Shown: in pieces, positions 19,101 to 27,482 of the stretch
Layout: every line of letters starts with the position of its first letter
How positions within the stretch are numbered: position 1 is the stretch's first letter
Origin: a virus
Length of the DNA stretch: 37,336 nucleotides
Virus genome (UHGV): UHGV-1375320
Direction: 5' to 3' (one strand)
Notes under the pieces: generated by a model
Database searches by the model: none
Seen by the model: only the letters and a program-made list of their open reading frames with translations
Told to the model about the DNA's origin: nothing
Made by a program: the position numbers and the translations under genes

Positions 19101-21087
19101 CCCAGAAAGATTGCTTACTATAAGAAATGCTTTTGCAGAAGATAATTTAGAGTTCTTTGAATCAGCACCAGAAACTTTAATTAATAATCTTAAAGGAAAG
19201 AATAAAGCTCCTAAAGAAAAAATTATAAAATTAATGGCTAAAGCTAATGAGTGTATGAGTTCATCAGATAAGAAAACACTTGTTAAAAAATATAAACTTG
19301 AGGGAATACCACAAATAAAAGAATTTATTGAAAAATCAGACTTTTACAAAGAGGTAGATACTAACCTTATAGCTCAAAATATACTAGAAAGTAGAAAAAA
19401 TAATGCAAAATATTTTTATACTATGGATATGATGAGTAAGAAAGGAAGTTATAAAAATAAATTTCTTGGAGGGCATCTTCATAGATTTGGTAGATTTGAT
19501 GACTTTATTAATGGAGAAAAAATTATAAAAAGAAAAAATCTAACAAGACTTGTAAATAAAAACAAGACTTCTGATAGAACAGCTATCAGAAGATTTATAA
19601 GAGAAATTTCAGTAGCTAAAGCCATTAAAGATAATTTACCAGGACATGGAATGAAGGGTATAGAAAGAATCTTGAATGAAACTCAAAGAAAAACTGCAAA
19701 TGATACTTATAAAACTTTAGTTAGAGCCATTGAGAAAAAAATAGATGATAGGATAGGAATGGATTTAGGAAGAATTACAAAACCTCCAAAAACAATAGCA
19801 GACAAAGCTATCACTAACCTTTTAAGTTATAGTAATAAAGTTAGTTTAACAGGGCTTAAATTTACAAAGGACTTTATATTTGAAGCACCAACAATGGCAA
19901 GGGCTAGCACTATGTTATATAATTCAGCAGGTATTACTGAAACTTATAAAAATTTTTTAAAGGCTGCACAAGTACTATATTTAAGCAAAGAAATGTTTGA
20001 TAAATATGATAAAGCTTTAGGAAGCAGATTTGAATATTCAGTACCTTTAAAATTTTTCAATTCTATTATGGATAAGGCAGATGATGTAACAGGAGAGATA
20101 GCAGAAAGGATAAATAAGTATGGTAGTAAATGGGAAAAGATAATTAGTGGAATAGACACAGGACTTAATAAATTAAATTTTTATGGAGAGAGCCAAAAGG
20201 TTATGAAACTTGCAGCTTTTTTTGAGGGTGCAGAGATTTTAAGAAATATGAGTAAATTTCAAGACTTAGATGATTTATTTAAAAACAATACTGCCTATAT
20301 GAAAAATTTATTTAAAAATGTAGGTATAGATGATTTAGACTTTTATTTCATAAAAAAATTAAAAGATATTCCAGAATTTAATGAGTTAGGTGTATTTAAT
20401 GAAGTTGACTTATTTGATTTTATAAATAAATCAGAAGTAGAAAAACAATTAGGAAGAGTTCTATACAATGAAGAATTTGACTTAATAAGAAAAAATATTA
20501 CTGAAAAAATAACTAAGTTACATGACAAAATAGTTACTGATATTTCACCTACTGAAACCAACGCTTCTATGAGAGCTGTCATTGAAAATATTGAAAATCC
20601 TATCCACAGAAATTTTATGAGGTTGATGGGAAACTTCAAAACTTCTATACAAGAACAGTGGAGAAGATTGGGAAGAGATTTATACACCTCTAATATAGTA
20701 GATGGGCATTTCGATTGGGGTAATAAGATATGGCAAAAAAGATTATTCAAACATATCTTAGGAGTAACAGGACTATATGGAGGACTAGCACTTGTAACCG
20801 ACTTAGATTTTTACACTGACCCAATAGCAACTATCAATGAAAAAATAGATGATTTAATAGATAGTCCAGGTAGTGCATTTTGGGAAGTACTAGATTCTCA
20901 AATAAACTCTTGGGCTTTAGTTAATGGTTCAGCAGTAGCAAGAAGACCTATACAGATAGCTCAAAATTTATCTAAAGGAGATTTTGAAAAAGCTGGAGCA
21001 AATATTTTAAAACTAGGACTAGGTACCTCAAATGTTAATATGGCTAAAACAGGATATGGTTTAGCAGAAAAAATAGTAGGAGAATAA
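16174..21087 (+). CDS. Giant virion protein (1637 aa) with an HExxH zincin-like motif and a Gly-rich hydrophobic segment; candidate ejection/internal-core protein or tape-measure analogue
   Basis: Uninterrupted 4.9-kb ORF. MRHELQHVFDF is an HExxH motif, with downstream Glu candidates in NSEVGDR/FPEEYFEL. GVGGAGAGLLFAGLGMGIGKV is a membrane-active Gly-zipper-like stretch. It is the last gene before a strong terminator and parallels T7 gp16 by position and size. Confidence 0.45.
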   Translation: MAGLVTYGNKLSLEGNDNVIKINKEYYEANKENIEKFNVVGNKVSYDIPQLEIIGDILSSSKNIAKSTYYSWLGAAYKSATGETKPIDFLKTAEENHIKYKDFASNFKDSFRKKIELEPNITQKWAMSAGAESLRVATDVRQLPVLLGTTLLTPYVAGYIGATSVAGRLGTTAVLNGIENMVQESADIYISEGRTPELDEIIYSGVGGAGAGLLFAGLGMGIGKVANKIETKFDNIARKKKSQEIIINLFSEADKKIQESSILNNGDMTIKDLENTVGIKDNLGIINEYKGSQGSEKFLFKHLYINDVNKFQADLYARSIVLKMIDDPDIDFIKNGADFNKILNENPILIRNLAKEYIDSGKLGEGEKKAFEFFLDLTNPDKITDVRVDVPGMMEEVDKNLNGNDSGYEPLFEDMKVQHHIVDSETFERKKRKIKHNYKDFPKGTLQANLEKDGIIPPGANVKYVRGAIEKTPYQDLVHITEHGTPITRKKWLKGDAHINFEYEIDGKKYYGDYRLTEQYGYLGDTYELDINAAPGTQKNITPQRKVTNIVDDMNGTPEPIKPISVEEMRSIVYKELGLDKTFGELGQKQLTEELVYSYSKKVGEVIRKKYNINSLEEMADFYKKRYGIYFKFKGFADLKGAKGETIIRKARGTNELIGDIEIFISNNIPDLETQLGVMRHELQHVFDFYKNPEFKSQPFFTPVIFANSEVGDRLNRLGRGHFADFPEEYFELSYLIKNKLDNLINGEKLDNEIVEVLKLELPKTVGKEDIEVYKSMLKAAQTESDPAKAVAELRKSFSKYAKWKNDIPEIFWKAKDVGQASSLMSEYLETNLFIPYEKTKQQMEGMLTNAFNITYKGEKLNPDKLISLFEENGENLTHYLFRWNYKSLPDSLKELEPEILKLREEFYSTMKELTNGYEITVDDIVNNFMFDHNLSAEKYIRQEDILKYLGDDKKVDLDKFIRGDLSYDNLVELNIPERLLTIRNAFAEDNLEFFESAPETLINNLKGKNKAPKEKIIKLMAKANECMSSSDKKTLVKKYKLEGIPQIKEFIEKSDFYKEVDTNLIAQNILESRKNNAKYFYTMDMMSKKGSYKNKFLGGHLHRFGRFDDFINGEKIIKRKNLTRLVNKNKTSDRTAIRRFIREISVAKAIKDNLPGHGMKGIERILNETQRKTANDTYKTLVRAIEKKIDDRIGMDLGRITKPPKTIADKAITNLLSYSNKVSLTGLKFTKDFIFEAPTMARASTMLYNSAGITETYKNFLKAAQVLYLSKEMFDKYDKALGSRFEYSVPLKFFNSIMDKADDVTGEIAERINKYGSKWEKIISGIDTGLNKLNFYGESQKVMKLAAFFEGAEILRNMSKFQDLDDLFKNNTAYMKNLFKNVGIDDLDFYFIKKLKDIPEFNELGVFNEVDLFDFINKSEVEKQLGRVLYNEEFDLIRKNITEKITKLHDKIVTDISPTETNASMRAVIENIENPIHRNFMRLMGNFKTSIQEQWRRLGRDLYTSNIVDGHFDWGNKIWQKRLFKHILGVTGLYGGLALVTDLDFYTDPIATINEKIDDLIDSPGSAFWEVLDSQINSWALVNGSAVARRPIQIAQNLSKGDFEKAGANILKLGLGTSNVNMAKTGYGLAEKIVGE

Positions 21088-21094
21088 AAAAGGA

Positions 21095-21120
21095 GGAGTG
21101 CTGCAACACTCCCCTTTTTT
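21095..21120 (+). terminator. Rho-independent terminator (T1) ending the virion operon
   Basis: GGAGTG / CACTCC stem with loop CTGCAA, followed by CCTTTTTT, 8 nt after the stop. Confidence 0.65.
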
Positions 21121-21248
21121 GACTAATTATAATGCAACTCTGTTTACTAAGAAAAACAGAATAACCAGTATTATTAGTCTTAGAACGAAAGACTTAATGA
21201 TGTTCACCCCCTTTCTTGGTGGGCTAGACTTATTATAACAAAAATATC

Positions 21249-21277
21249 TTGAACTTTCTAGTTATTTTTGTTATAAT
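21249..21277 (+). promoter_or_regulatory. Near-consensus sigma70 promoter with extended -10
   Basis: TTGAAC (21249-21254), 17 bp, TGT-TATAAT (21269-21277). Confidence 0.5.
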
Positions 21278-21283
21278 TTAATT

Positions 21284-21352
21284 ACTAAGAAGAACGGAAG
21301 ACTTAGTATGTTCATCGCTGGTATAGCTGCAACTATACCAGCCTTTTTCTTT
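21284..21352 (+). ncRNA. Candidate small RNA (promoter-to-terminator unit, ~70 nt)
   Basis: Driven by the 21249-21277 promoter. It contains the conserved motif B (AGAACGGAAGACTTAGTATGTTCAT, 21291-21315) inside an ACTAAG/CTTAGT hairpin. It ends in a 9-bp-stem terminator (CTGGTATAG/CTATACCAG, 21318-21341) plus a T-run. There is no ORF with an RBS in the interval. Confidence 0.3.
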
Positions 21353-21400
21353 TTATAGACTTTTTTAGTATTTAATGATATAATAATTTTAAGAAAATCA

Positions 21401-21425
21401 GGCAACCTTTTAGAGTTGCCTTTTT
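21401..21425 (+). terminator. Rho-independent terminator (T3)
   Basis: GGCAAC / GTTGCC stem, 8-nt loop, TTTTT. Confidence 0.55.
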
Positions 21426-21445
21426 CCATTTACAGAAAAATCAAA

Positions 21446-21474
21446 GGACAACCTAAAAGGGTTGTCCTTTTTTT
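21446..21474 (+). terminator. Rho-independent terminator (T4) immediately upstream of terL
   Basis: GGACAACC / GGTTGTCC 8-bp stem, loop TAAAAG, TTTTTTT. It ends about 20 nt before the terL RBS. Confidence 0.65.
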
Positions 21475-21504
21475 ATTTTATCAAACAGGCAAGGAGGTGG
21501 AGTT

Positions 21505-23016
21505 TTGAATTTTTTAGGAAGAGCAGCAAAAAGAAGAGTAACTATCAGTTATAAAAAAGTTATTAAATATCTACACAAAGGACAGAAAGAACTTCTGGAC
21601 AATGTCCTGGAAAATAAGAAAAAGTATTTTGCACTAATGGCTCATAGAAGATATGGTAAGGACTTTATTTCATTACTCATTATGATACTAGCTGCAATAC
21701 AACACCCAGGAAACTACTATATCTATGCACCATACTTTAGACAGGTAAAAGAAATAGTTGTAGATGGGAAAACGTTAAACGGTTTACCTTTACTTGAAAA
21801 TCTTATACCAGATGAAATACTAGCAAATCCAAGAGGACCTAAAGTTAATAAATCAGATTGGAGTGTAACTTTATTTAATGGAGCTAAAATCTTCTTTCGT
21901 GGAGGAGATAACCCAGACGCAAGTGTAGGAGTAGGAGCTAGAGGAGTTATTTACACAGAGGCAGCACTTATAAAAGAAAAGTTCTATCAATATATGAAAC
22001 CTGCAGTTGATATGGTTATCAATAACACAGACTTTGGTTTTGTAATATTTATCTCTACACCAAGGGGTAGATATAATTGGTTTACTAAACTTTTTATAGA
22101 TTACTTCACTATCCTAAGTAAACCAGAAAATAAAGAAATTAAAGATATGTGGTATGTAGATATTCAATCTGGAAAAGATTCTTTGAACTACAAAGGGGAG
22201 AGGGTAATAAATGATAAAGAACTTAGAAAACAAGCTCTTACTATGGACCCAGATTCATACGCTCAAGAGTGGGAATGTAAAATCAATACTCATCTAGTTG
22301 GTGCTTGGTATGGAGAACAACTAAAAAAAGCTTATGAAGATGAAAGGATAAAGTTTTATGGTAGGTATGAAGAGTTATTAGATAGTGTAAGTAGAAGATA
22401 TACTCAAATATACACAGGGCATTTCTGGACACAACAACCTTTATATGTTGCTTGGGATATAGGAAAAAGGGACCATACAGTATTGTGGTTTTTTCAAAAG
22501 AACCCTCACAATAATAGAATTAGATTTATAAAACATTATAGAGTTATTGGGCAAGGACCAGACCACTGCTGCCAATATATAAAAAAATGGTGCAAAGATA
22601 ATGGGTACTATATGCAGCCTACTATGGTACTACCACATGATGGAGATGTCGAGGAATGGAGTGCAACTTCAAAAAGAAGTGACTACATAAGATTAAATTA
22701 TTTTAGTGATGTAAGAACTCTATCTAAGACAGAGCTAGCTAAAAATGATATGACTACATTAATAAATCAAATCAACTATATAAGAAAGGAGTTTGAAAAT
22801 GTAGAGATAGATAATAACGAGTGTAACATAGGGGTTATACAATTAGGAGGCTACGTCAAAAAATATAACAAGTCCATGAACTGTTACTTAGATATACCAG
22901 ACCACGACGCAAATGATAAAGCTTCTGATGACGCAGATTCATTTAGAACTGCTATGATATTTGCTAGCATATATCTAAAAGATAGTTTTGATGGACCACT
23001 AACAACTTATTATTAA
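21505..23016 (+). CDS. terL: Terminase large subunit
   Basis: 503 aa. TTG start 7 nt after GGAGG. A degenerate Walker [11 protein letters not shown], of the G/A-R-R-x-GK-S/T/D type common in phage TerL. The C-terminal half has acidic nuclease-like residues ([22 protein letters not shown]). The size is typical. Confidence 0.6.
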   Translation: MNFLGRAAKRRVTISYKKVIKYLHKGQKELLDNVLENKKKYFALMAHRRYGKDFISLLIMILAAIQHPGNYYIYAPYFRQVKEIVVDGKTLNGLPLLENLIPDEILANPRGPKVNKSDWSVTLFNGAKIFFRGGDNPDASVGVGARGVIYTEAALIKEKFYQYMKPAVDMVINNTDFGFVIFISTPRGRYNWFTKLFIDYFTILSKPENKEIKDMWYVDIQSGKDSLNYKGERVINDKELRKQALTMDPDSYAQEWECKINTHLVGAWYGEQLKKAYEDERIKFYGRYEELLDSVSRRYTQIYTGHFWTQQPLYVAWDIGKRDHTVLWFFQKNPHNNRIRFIKHYRVIGQGPDHCCQYIKKWCKDNGYYMQPTMVLPHDGDVEEWSATSKRSDYIRLNYFSDVRTLSKTELAKNDMTTLINQINYIRKEFENVEIDNNECNIGVIQLGGYVKKYNKSMNCYLDIPDHDANDKASDDADSFRTAMIFASIYLKDSFDGPLTTYY

Positions 23017-23024
23017 GAAAAGAG

Positions 23025-24404
23025 GTGTTTAAGCAAATGTTAAATTTTAAAAAAGAGTATTTTAAGTTAGAAGAGAATAGACAACAATATACTACTAGCT
23101 TTTCAGACTTAATGACAAGTTGTGAAGTTTACGGAAAAAAACAAAATCCTATAACTAGCACAGCTTTTATATTCCTTATACCTAAAGATTATTACACATA
23201 CAATGCTGGAAACATTGATTTTACTAACTACCCAGATGGCATATGGAATGATTACACAGATATTAAGATAGTTAAGTCTGAACCTTATTTTGATTTAGAT
23301 TTTACTTTTAGTAGTACAGGAGATATTACACCAGAAAATCTAAATAATATGTTTACTAAAATAAAAGCTGCAATACTTGGAACAGAAAAAGAAATTATAA
23401 AATCTCAATTATTTGTAGATAGTGGAATACCAAAACAATTAGGTTTACCAGATTTACCAAAAGGTTCTATCTGGTATATGTCAGATGATGGGATAGCTAC
23501 TTATCCTGTAACTACACTATTTGAGAAATATCAAGAGTTGCTCAATAAGATTTATGAAGATACAAAAAAAATATTACTTGAAGATTTGGATAATAGAGTA
23601 AAAGAGCTAGTTATTCAATTAGAAAAAGATTTAAAAGAAATTATTGATAATTATCTTAAAACAGATAGTTATTTAAAATTAGATAAATATACACAAGAAA
23701 AAATAGAAGAAGCAGAAAAAGAAATCCAAGATTATATAGACTATCATATGCAAGATTTAAAAGGAGAAAGAGGGTACTCAATAGCAAGTGTTGGTTTTAA
23801 TAAAGAATTACCAGAAGGAAACGTCTATACAGTCTACCGTGAAGACGGAGAAATTATAGGAGAATTATTAGCACGAAGAGGTCCTCAAGGTATTCAAGGC
23901 AATGATGGACCAGAAGGACCGAAAGGAGAAAGAGGAGAAAGAGGATTCAAAGGAGATAAAGGGGACCAAGGAGAAAGAGGGGAAAATGGACCTCAAGGTA
24001 TTCAAGGAGAGCAAGGAATACAAGGAGAAGTTGGACCTCAAGGTCCTCAAGGAATAACAGGTCCTCAAGGTATTCAAGGAATACAAGGAGAACAAGGTAT
24101 TCAAGGAGAAAGAGGACTTCAAGGACTAAAAGGCGAACAAGGCGTTCAAGGAATACAAGGAGAACAAGGACCTAAGGGAGAGCAGGGAGATATCGGACCT
24201 CAAGGTCCTCAAGGAATACAAGGTCCTAAAGGAGATAAGGGAGATAAAGGAGATAATGGAACTGCTGTAATTACTCCTATAAATAGTCAGTACATATTCC
24301 AAATAGAAGATGGAAACTTAGTTGTGTATTATAACGAGAATGATACTCAACCAAATTTTTCAATAGATGAAGATGGAAATTTAGTATTAGAAATTTTAGA
24401 ATAA
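23025..24404 (+). CDS. Collagen-like repeat protein, putative tail fibre
   Basis: 459 aa. About 125 residues of perfect G-X-Y triplets ([19 protein letters not shown]...[10 protein letters not shown]). It lies downstream of terL and next to a second collagen-like fibre gene. Confidence 0.65.
   Translation: MFKQMLNFKKEYFKLEENRQQYTTSFSDLMTSCEVYGKKQNPITSTAFIFLIPKDYYTYNAGNIDFTNYPDGIWNDYTDIKIVKSEPYFDLDFTFSSTGDITPENLNNMFTKIKAAILGTEKEIIKSQLFVDSGIPKQLGLPDLPKGSIWYMSDDGIATYPVTTLFEKYQELLNKIYEDTKKILLEDLDNRVKELVIQLEKDLKEIIDNYLKTDSYLKLDKYTQEKIEEAEKEIQDYIDYHMQDLKGERGYSIASVGFNKELPEGNVYTVYREDGEIIGELLARRGPQGIQGNDGPEGPKGERGERGFKGDKGDQGERGENGPQGIQGEQGIQGEVGPQGPQGITGPQGIQGIQGEQGIQGERGLQGLKGEQGVQGIQGEQGPKGEQGDIGPQGPQGIQGPKGDKGDKGDNGTAVITPINSQYIFQIEDGNLVVYYNENDTQPNFSIDEDGNLVLEILE
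23878..24262 (+). repeat. Collagen G-X-Y coding repeat tract (fibre gene 1)
   Basis: Iterated 9-nt-periodic units ggtcctcaaggtattcaagga and ggagaacaaggaatacaagga. Several 20-40 nt stretches are shared verbatim with fibre gene 2. Confidence 0.85.
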
Positions 24405-24417
24405 GGAGGTTTTAATT

Positions 24418-25530
24418 ATGCCAAAATTAATTATAGGTAATGTTGTAGGTCCTCAAGGTCCTAAAGGAGAACAAGGAGATATCGGACCTCAAGGTCCTAA
24501 AGGAGAACAAGGAATACAAGGGGAACAAGGTATTCAAGGTTTACCTGGTGCAAAAGGAGAACAAGGAATACAAGGTCCTCAAGGTCCTAAAGGAGATACT
24601 GGAGAGCAGGGTATTCAAGGTCCTAAAGGAGATAAGGGAGATACTGGACCACAAGGTCCTCGAGGTCCTCAAGGTATTCAAGGACCTAAGGGAGACAAAG
24701 GGGAACAAGGTATAACTGGAAATACTGGTCCTAAAGGTCCTAAAGGAGATACTGGAGAGCAGGGTATTCAAGGTCCTAAAGGAGCTGATGGAGTAGGAGT
24801 AAAAAGTATAACATTTAAGAATACTAATGAAGATGGTGGAAATGTTTATACTGTGACTTTAACTAATGGTAGCACATATGATTTTACTGCCCCTAGAGGT
24901 CAACAAGGGATACCAGGACAAAGCGGTCAACCTGGGACTACCGATTATGAAAAATTAATAAACAAACCAGATGTATATACTAAAACTGAAACTAATAATT
25001 TATTAGATGGTAAATTAGGTAAAGAAGATAAAGCGAAGAGTGCTACAACTGCTGATAGTGCTGGTGCTTGTACAGGGAACTCTGCTACTGCTACAAAATT
25101 ACAAACTGCTAGAACTATCAACGGAGTTAGTTATGATGGTAGTGCCGATATTACAATAGCTGATAATACAAAACTTCCAAAATCCGGTGGTACTATTAAT
25201 GGAAACTTAACAGTAATAGGAGCTATTGTTTCAAACGGAGAAGTTACGGCTTATTCAGATAGAAGATTAAAAACTGATATAACAAAGATAACTAATGCTC
25301 TTAAAAAAGTAAATCAAATCAATGGGTACACATTCACTATGTTAGGTACAGGGCAAAGACAAGCTGGAGTTATAGCTCAAGAAATCGAGAAAGTATTACC
25401 AGAAGTTGTAGTTCAAAATGAGGATAACGGGTATCTAACAGTAGCATATGGAAATATAGTAGCTTTATTAATAGAAGCTATTAAAGAGTTGAGTAATGAA
25501 GTTAAAGAATTAAAAGGGGGTAGGGTATAA
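24418..25530 (+). CDS. Collagen-like tail fibre with C-terminal intramolecular chaperone (peptidase S74) domain
   Basis: 370 aa. G-X-Y tract at residues ~10-125. C-terminal [12 protein letters not shown]...[20 protein letters not shown] matches the S74 auto-cleaving chaperone signature (SD.RLK.NI ... G.IAQE....PE) found on phage fibres and endosialidases. Confidence 0.7.
   Translation: MPKLIIGNVVGPQGPKGEQGDIGPQGPKGEQGIQGEQGIQGLPGAKGEQGIQGPQGPKGDTGEQGIQGPKGDKGDTGPQGPRGPQGIQGPKGDKGEQGITGNTGPKGPKGDTGEQGIQGPKGADGVGVKSITFKNTNEDGGNVYTVTLTNGSTYDFTAPRGQQGIPGQSGQPGTTDYEKLINKPDVYTKTETNNLLDGKLGKEDKAKSATTADSAGACTGNSATATKLQTARTINGVSYDGSADITIADNTKLPKSGGTINGNLTVIGAIVSNGEVTAYSDRRLKTDITKITNALKKVNQINGYTFTMLGTGQRQAGVIAQEIEKVLPEVVVQNEDNGYLTVAYGNIVALLIEAIKELSNEVKELKGGRV
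24448..24795 (+). repeat. Collagen G-X-Y coding repeat tract (fibre gene 2)
   Basis: Same repeat family as 23878-24262. For example, ggagaacaaggagatatcggacctcaaggtcct occurs in both genes. Confidence 0.85.
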
Positions 25531-25931
25531 TGGCTATCACTATGAAAAATTTAAATGATAGGACATCAGCACTGGAAGGAAAATCTTCTACTACTCCAAT
25601 AACTATGAAAGGGTTAGATGATAGGTTATCTAACTTAGAGAAAACCGCTAAGAAATGGGCAGTAGTTACTTTAACATCAAGTAATACTGGAAAAAGTTTT
25701 TTGATACCAGAAGAATATAGAGGGTGGAATTATTGTATTTTAAATGCAGGATATAAAACTATAGCAGGTTATGAAGCTACTATTACTAATGGAAGAGTAT
25801 TTAAAATGATAATGACTGGCTCTGCTAAATTAGCAGAACTTAATACAACTATATCTGGAAATTACATAAATGTTAACTTTGGAGAAAGAAATTACAGAGA
25901 TTATTCGTTGCAAGTTTTGTTTTACAAATAG
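25530..25931 (+). CDS. Hypothetical protein (fibre-associated)
   Basis: 133 aa with ATAATGG overlap to the fibre gene stop. Confidence 0.4.
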   Translation: MAITMKNLNDRTSALEGKSSTTPITMKGLDDRLSNLEKTAKKWAVVTLTSSNTGKSFLIPEEYRGWNYCILNAGYKTIAGYEATITNGRVFKMIMTGSAKLAELNTTISGNYINVNFGERNYRDYSLQVLFYK

Positions 25932-25941
25932 GGAGGTATAA

Positions 25942-26793
25942 ATGACAGTATTTTATTATGATAAAGAAAAAGCAGAACAAGGAATACTATTTTGTTTAGG
26001 GCAAGAAGATAAAGTTCTTACTCAAGAAGAAATACAAGAACAAGGAAAATCAGAACTATATGAAAATGTAGTTACTTATACAGGAAATACAGTTCTAATA
26101 GGACACCCTATTGTTGAGGGAGATACAGTTAGAAAAGCTACTGAAAAAGAACTTATAGATTTAGGACTTTTAACTCTAACAGATGGGGAAATATTAGAGG
26201 GGGATAACATCAAAAAAATACCTCAACCAAGTTGGCAATACAAATGGGAAAGTCCTAATTGGGTAGTTGACAGAAGTAAACTCCAAGAGGGAGAAAAAAT
26301 CGAAGATAACAAAATAGTTAAGGTTGAAAAACCAAAAGGAGTAAGAATTGAGTGGAACTATGATACTTGGATATATGAAGATAAAGCAACTCCAGAAGAA
26401 AGAAAAGACTATATAGGTAAATACATAGGAGATGAACTCTTAATGCAAGTCCTTGCTAAAGGTTGTGAAGTAACTATAAGAGAAGAATCTCACATACAAA
26501 CCTTAGATAGTAGAAAGTTACTTATGTTATCTTCAACTGGGTCTGGAATTATGATAGCTAATAATGTTAGACAGGCTATAACAAATGTTCCTTGGTCATT
26601 TAATGATGATGGCTCTGATAGTCTATTATTAACTATAGAAGAGTTTAATTCTTTAGCATTACAATGCTTAGACTTTGTTGTTAAATGCTATGTTGTTGCT
26701 GACAAGTTAAAAACTAAAGATAGAATAGACTTAACTATAGATGATTTTATTGAAGAATTAAAAAAACTTGAAACATCACAAGTATCTATTTAG
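25942..26793 (+). CDS. Hypothetical protein
   Basis: 283 aa with a GGGAGG RBS, between the fibre genes and the lysis cassette. Confidence 0.4.
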   Translation: MTVFYYDKEKAEQGILFCLGQEDKVLTQEEIQEQGKSELYENVVTYTGNTVLIGHPIVEGDTVRKATEKELIDLGLLTLTDGEILEGDNIKKIPQPSWQYKWESPNWVVDRSKLQEGEKIEDNKIVKVEKPKGVRIEWNYDTWIYEDKATPEERKDYIGKYIGDELLMQVLAKGCEVTIREESHIQTLDSRKLLMLSSTGSGIMIANNVRQAITNVPWSFNDDGSDSLLLTIEEFNSLALQCLDFVVKCYVVADKLKTKDRIDLTIDDFIEELKKLETSQVSI

Positions 26794-26812
26794 AAAATAA
26801 GGGGTTGATAGT

Positions 26813-27217
26813 ATGTATAAATTTAGTGAAAGAAGTTTAAAACACTTAGAAGAGTGTGATGATAGATTAATATTAATAGCAAGCCAAGCTATAAAAAGAA
26901 TAGACTTCTCTATAATAGATGGAGCTAGAACAGAGGAAGAGGCAAAGGAAAATCAAGCTAAGGGAACTAGCTGGACAAACAAAAGTAAGCATTGTAAAAA
27001 ACCTAAATCATATGCTTTTGATTTTATTCCATACCCATTTAAAGATTGGAACGACTTAGAGGGATTTAAAAAAGTTGCTGATGTCTTAAAAGAAGAGGCT
27101 GAAAAACTTGGTATTAAAGTTAGATGGGGTGGAGATTGGAATATGAATGGCAAGTATGATGATGAGATAGCTAGAGGGTCATATGATGGAGGACATTTTG
27201 AGTTAATGGAAGATTAA
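26813..27217 (+). CDS. Endolysin, peptidase M15 family (L-alanyl-D-glutamate peptidase type)
   Basis: 134 aa. Zn ligand triad context SKHCKK (His), AFDF (Asp) and GGHFEL (His). The hallmark WGGDW...DxxHFEL motif of phage M15 endolysins such as T5 Lys is present. No signal peptide. Confidence 0.7.
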   Translation: MYKFSERSLKHLEECDDRLILIASQAIKRIDFSIIDGARTEEEAKENQAKGTSWTNKSKHCKKPKSYAFDFIPYPFKDWNDLEGFKKVADVLKEEAEKLGIKVRWGGDWNMNGKYDDEIARGSYDGGHFELMED

Positions 27218-27230
27218 GGGAAGTGATAAC

Positions 27231-27482
27231 TTGAATATTATAGGTTCAGTAATAGAAGTTATAAAAGATACTCTAGGTATAATCTTTAAAAGGACTAGAA
27301 ATGCCGAGGTAGACCAAGAGATAGAAAAGCAAAAACTAACAAGTTTTAACTATTACCTTGGTACTGCCTTTATGATAATACTTTTATTGCTTATATTAGA
27401 TAATATCTTAAATTTACAAATAACACCTTGGTTTTACAACATTTTCGAAAAGATACTAGACTATATGATAGGAGGAAATTAA
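27231..27482 (+). CDS. Small membrane protein (lysis-cassette associated)
   Basis: 83 aa with one strong TM helix, LGTAFMIILLLLILDNILNL. Sandwiched between the endolysin and the holin. Confidence 0.35.
   Translation: MNIIGSVIEVIKDTLGIIFKRTRNAEVDQEIEKQKLTSFNYYLGTAFMIILLLLILDNILNLQITPWFYNIFEKILDYMIGGN

Noticed and set aside
21117-21132. TTGACT … TATAAT pair just after terminator T1
   Set aside because: The spacer is only 4 bp, so it cannot function as a sigma70 promoter. The real promoter in this island is at 21249-21277.
23868-24771. Minus-strand ORFs 23868-24122 and 24541-24771 (Ser/Leu/Arg-rich low-complexity proteins)
   Set aside because: They are antisense read-through artefacts of the collagen G-X-Y coding repeats (ggtcctcaagg… reads open on the opposite strand). 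No RBS was noted and they lie inside strongly supported fibre genes.
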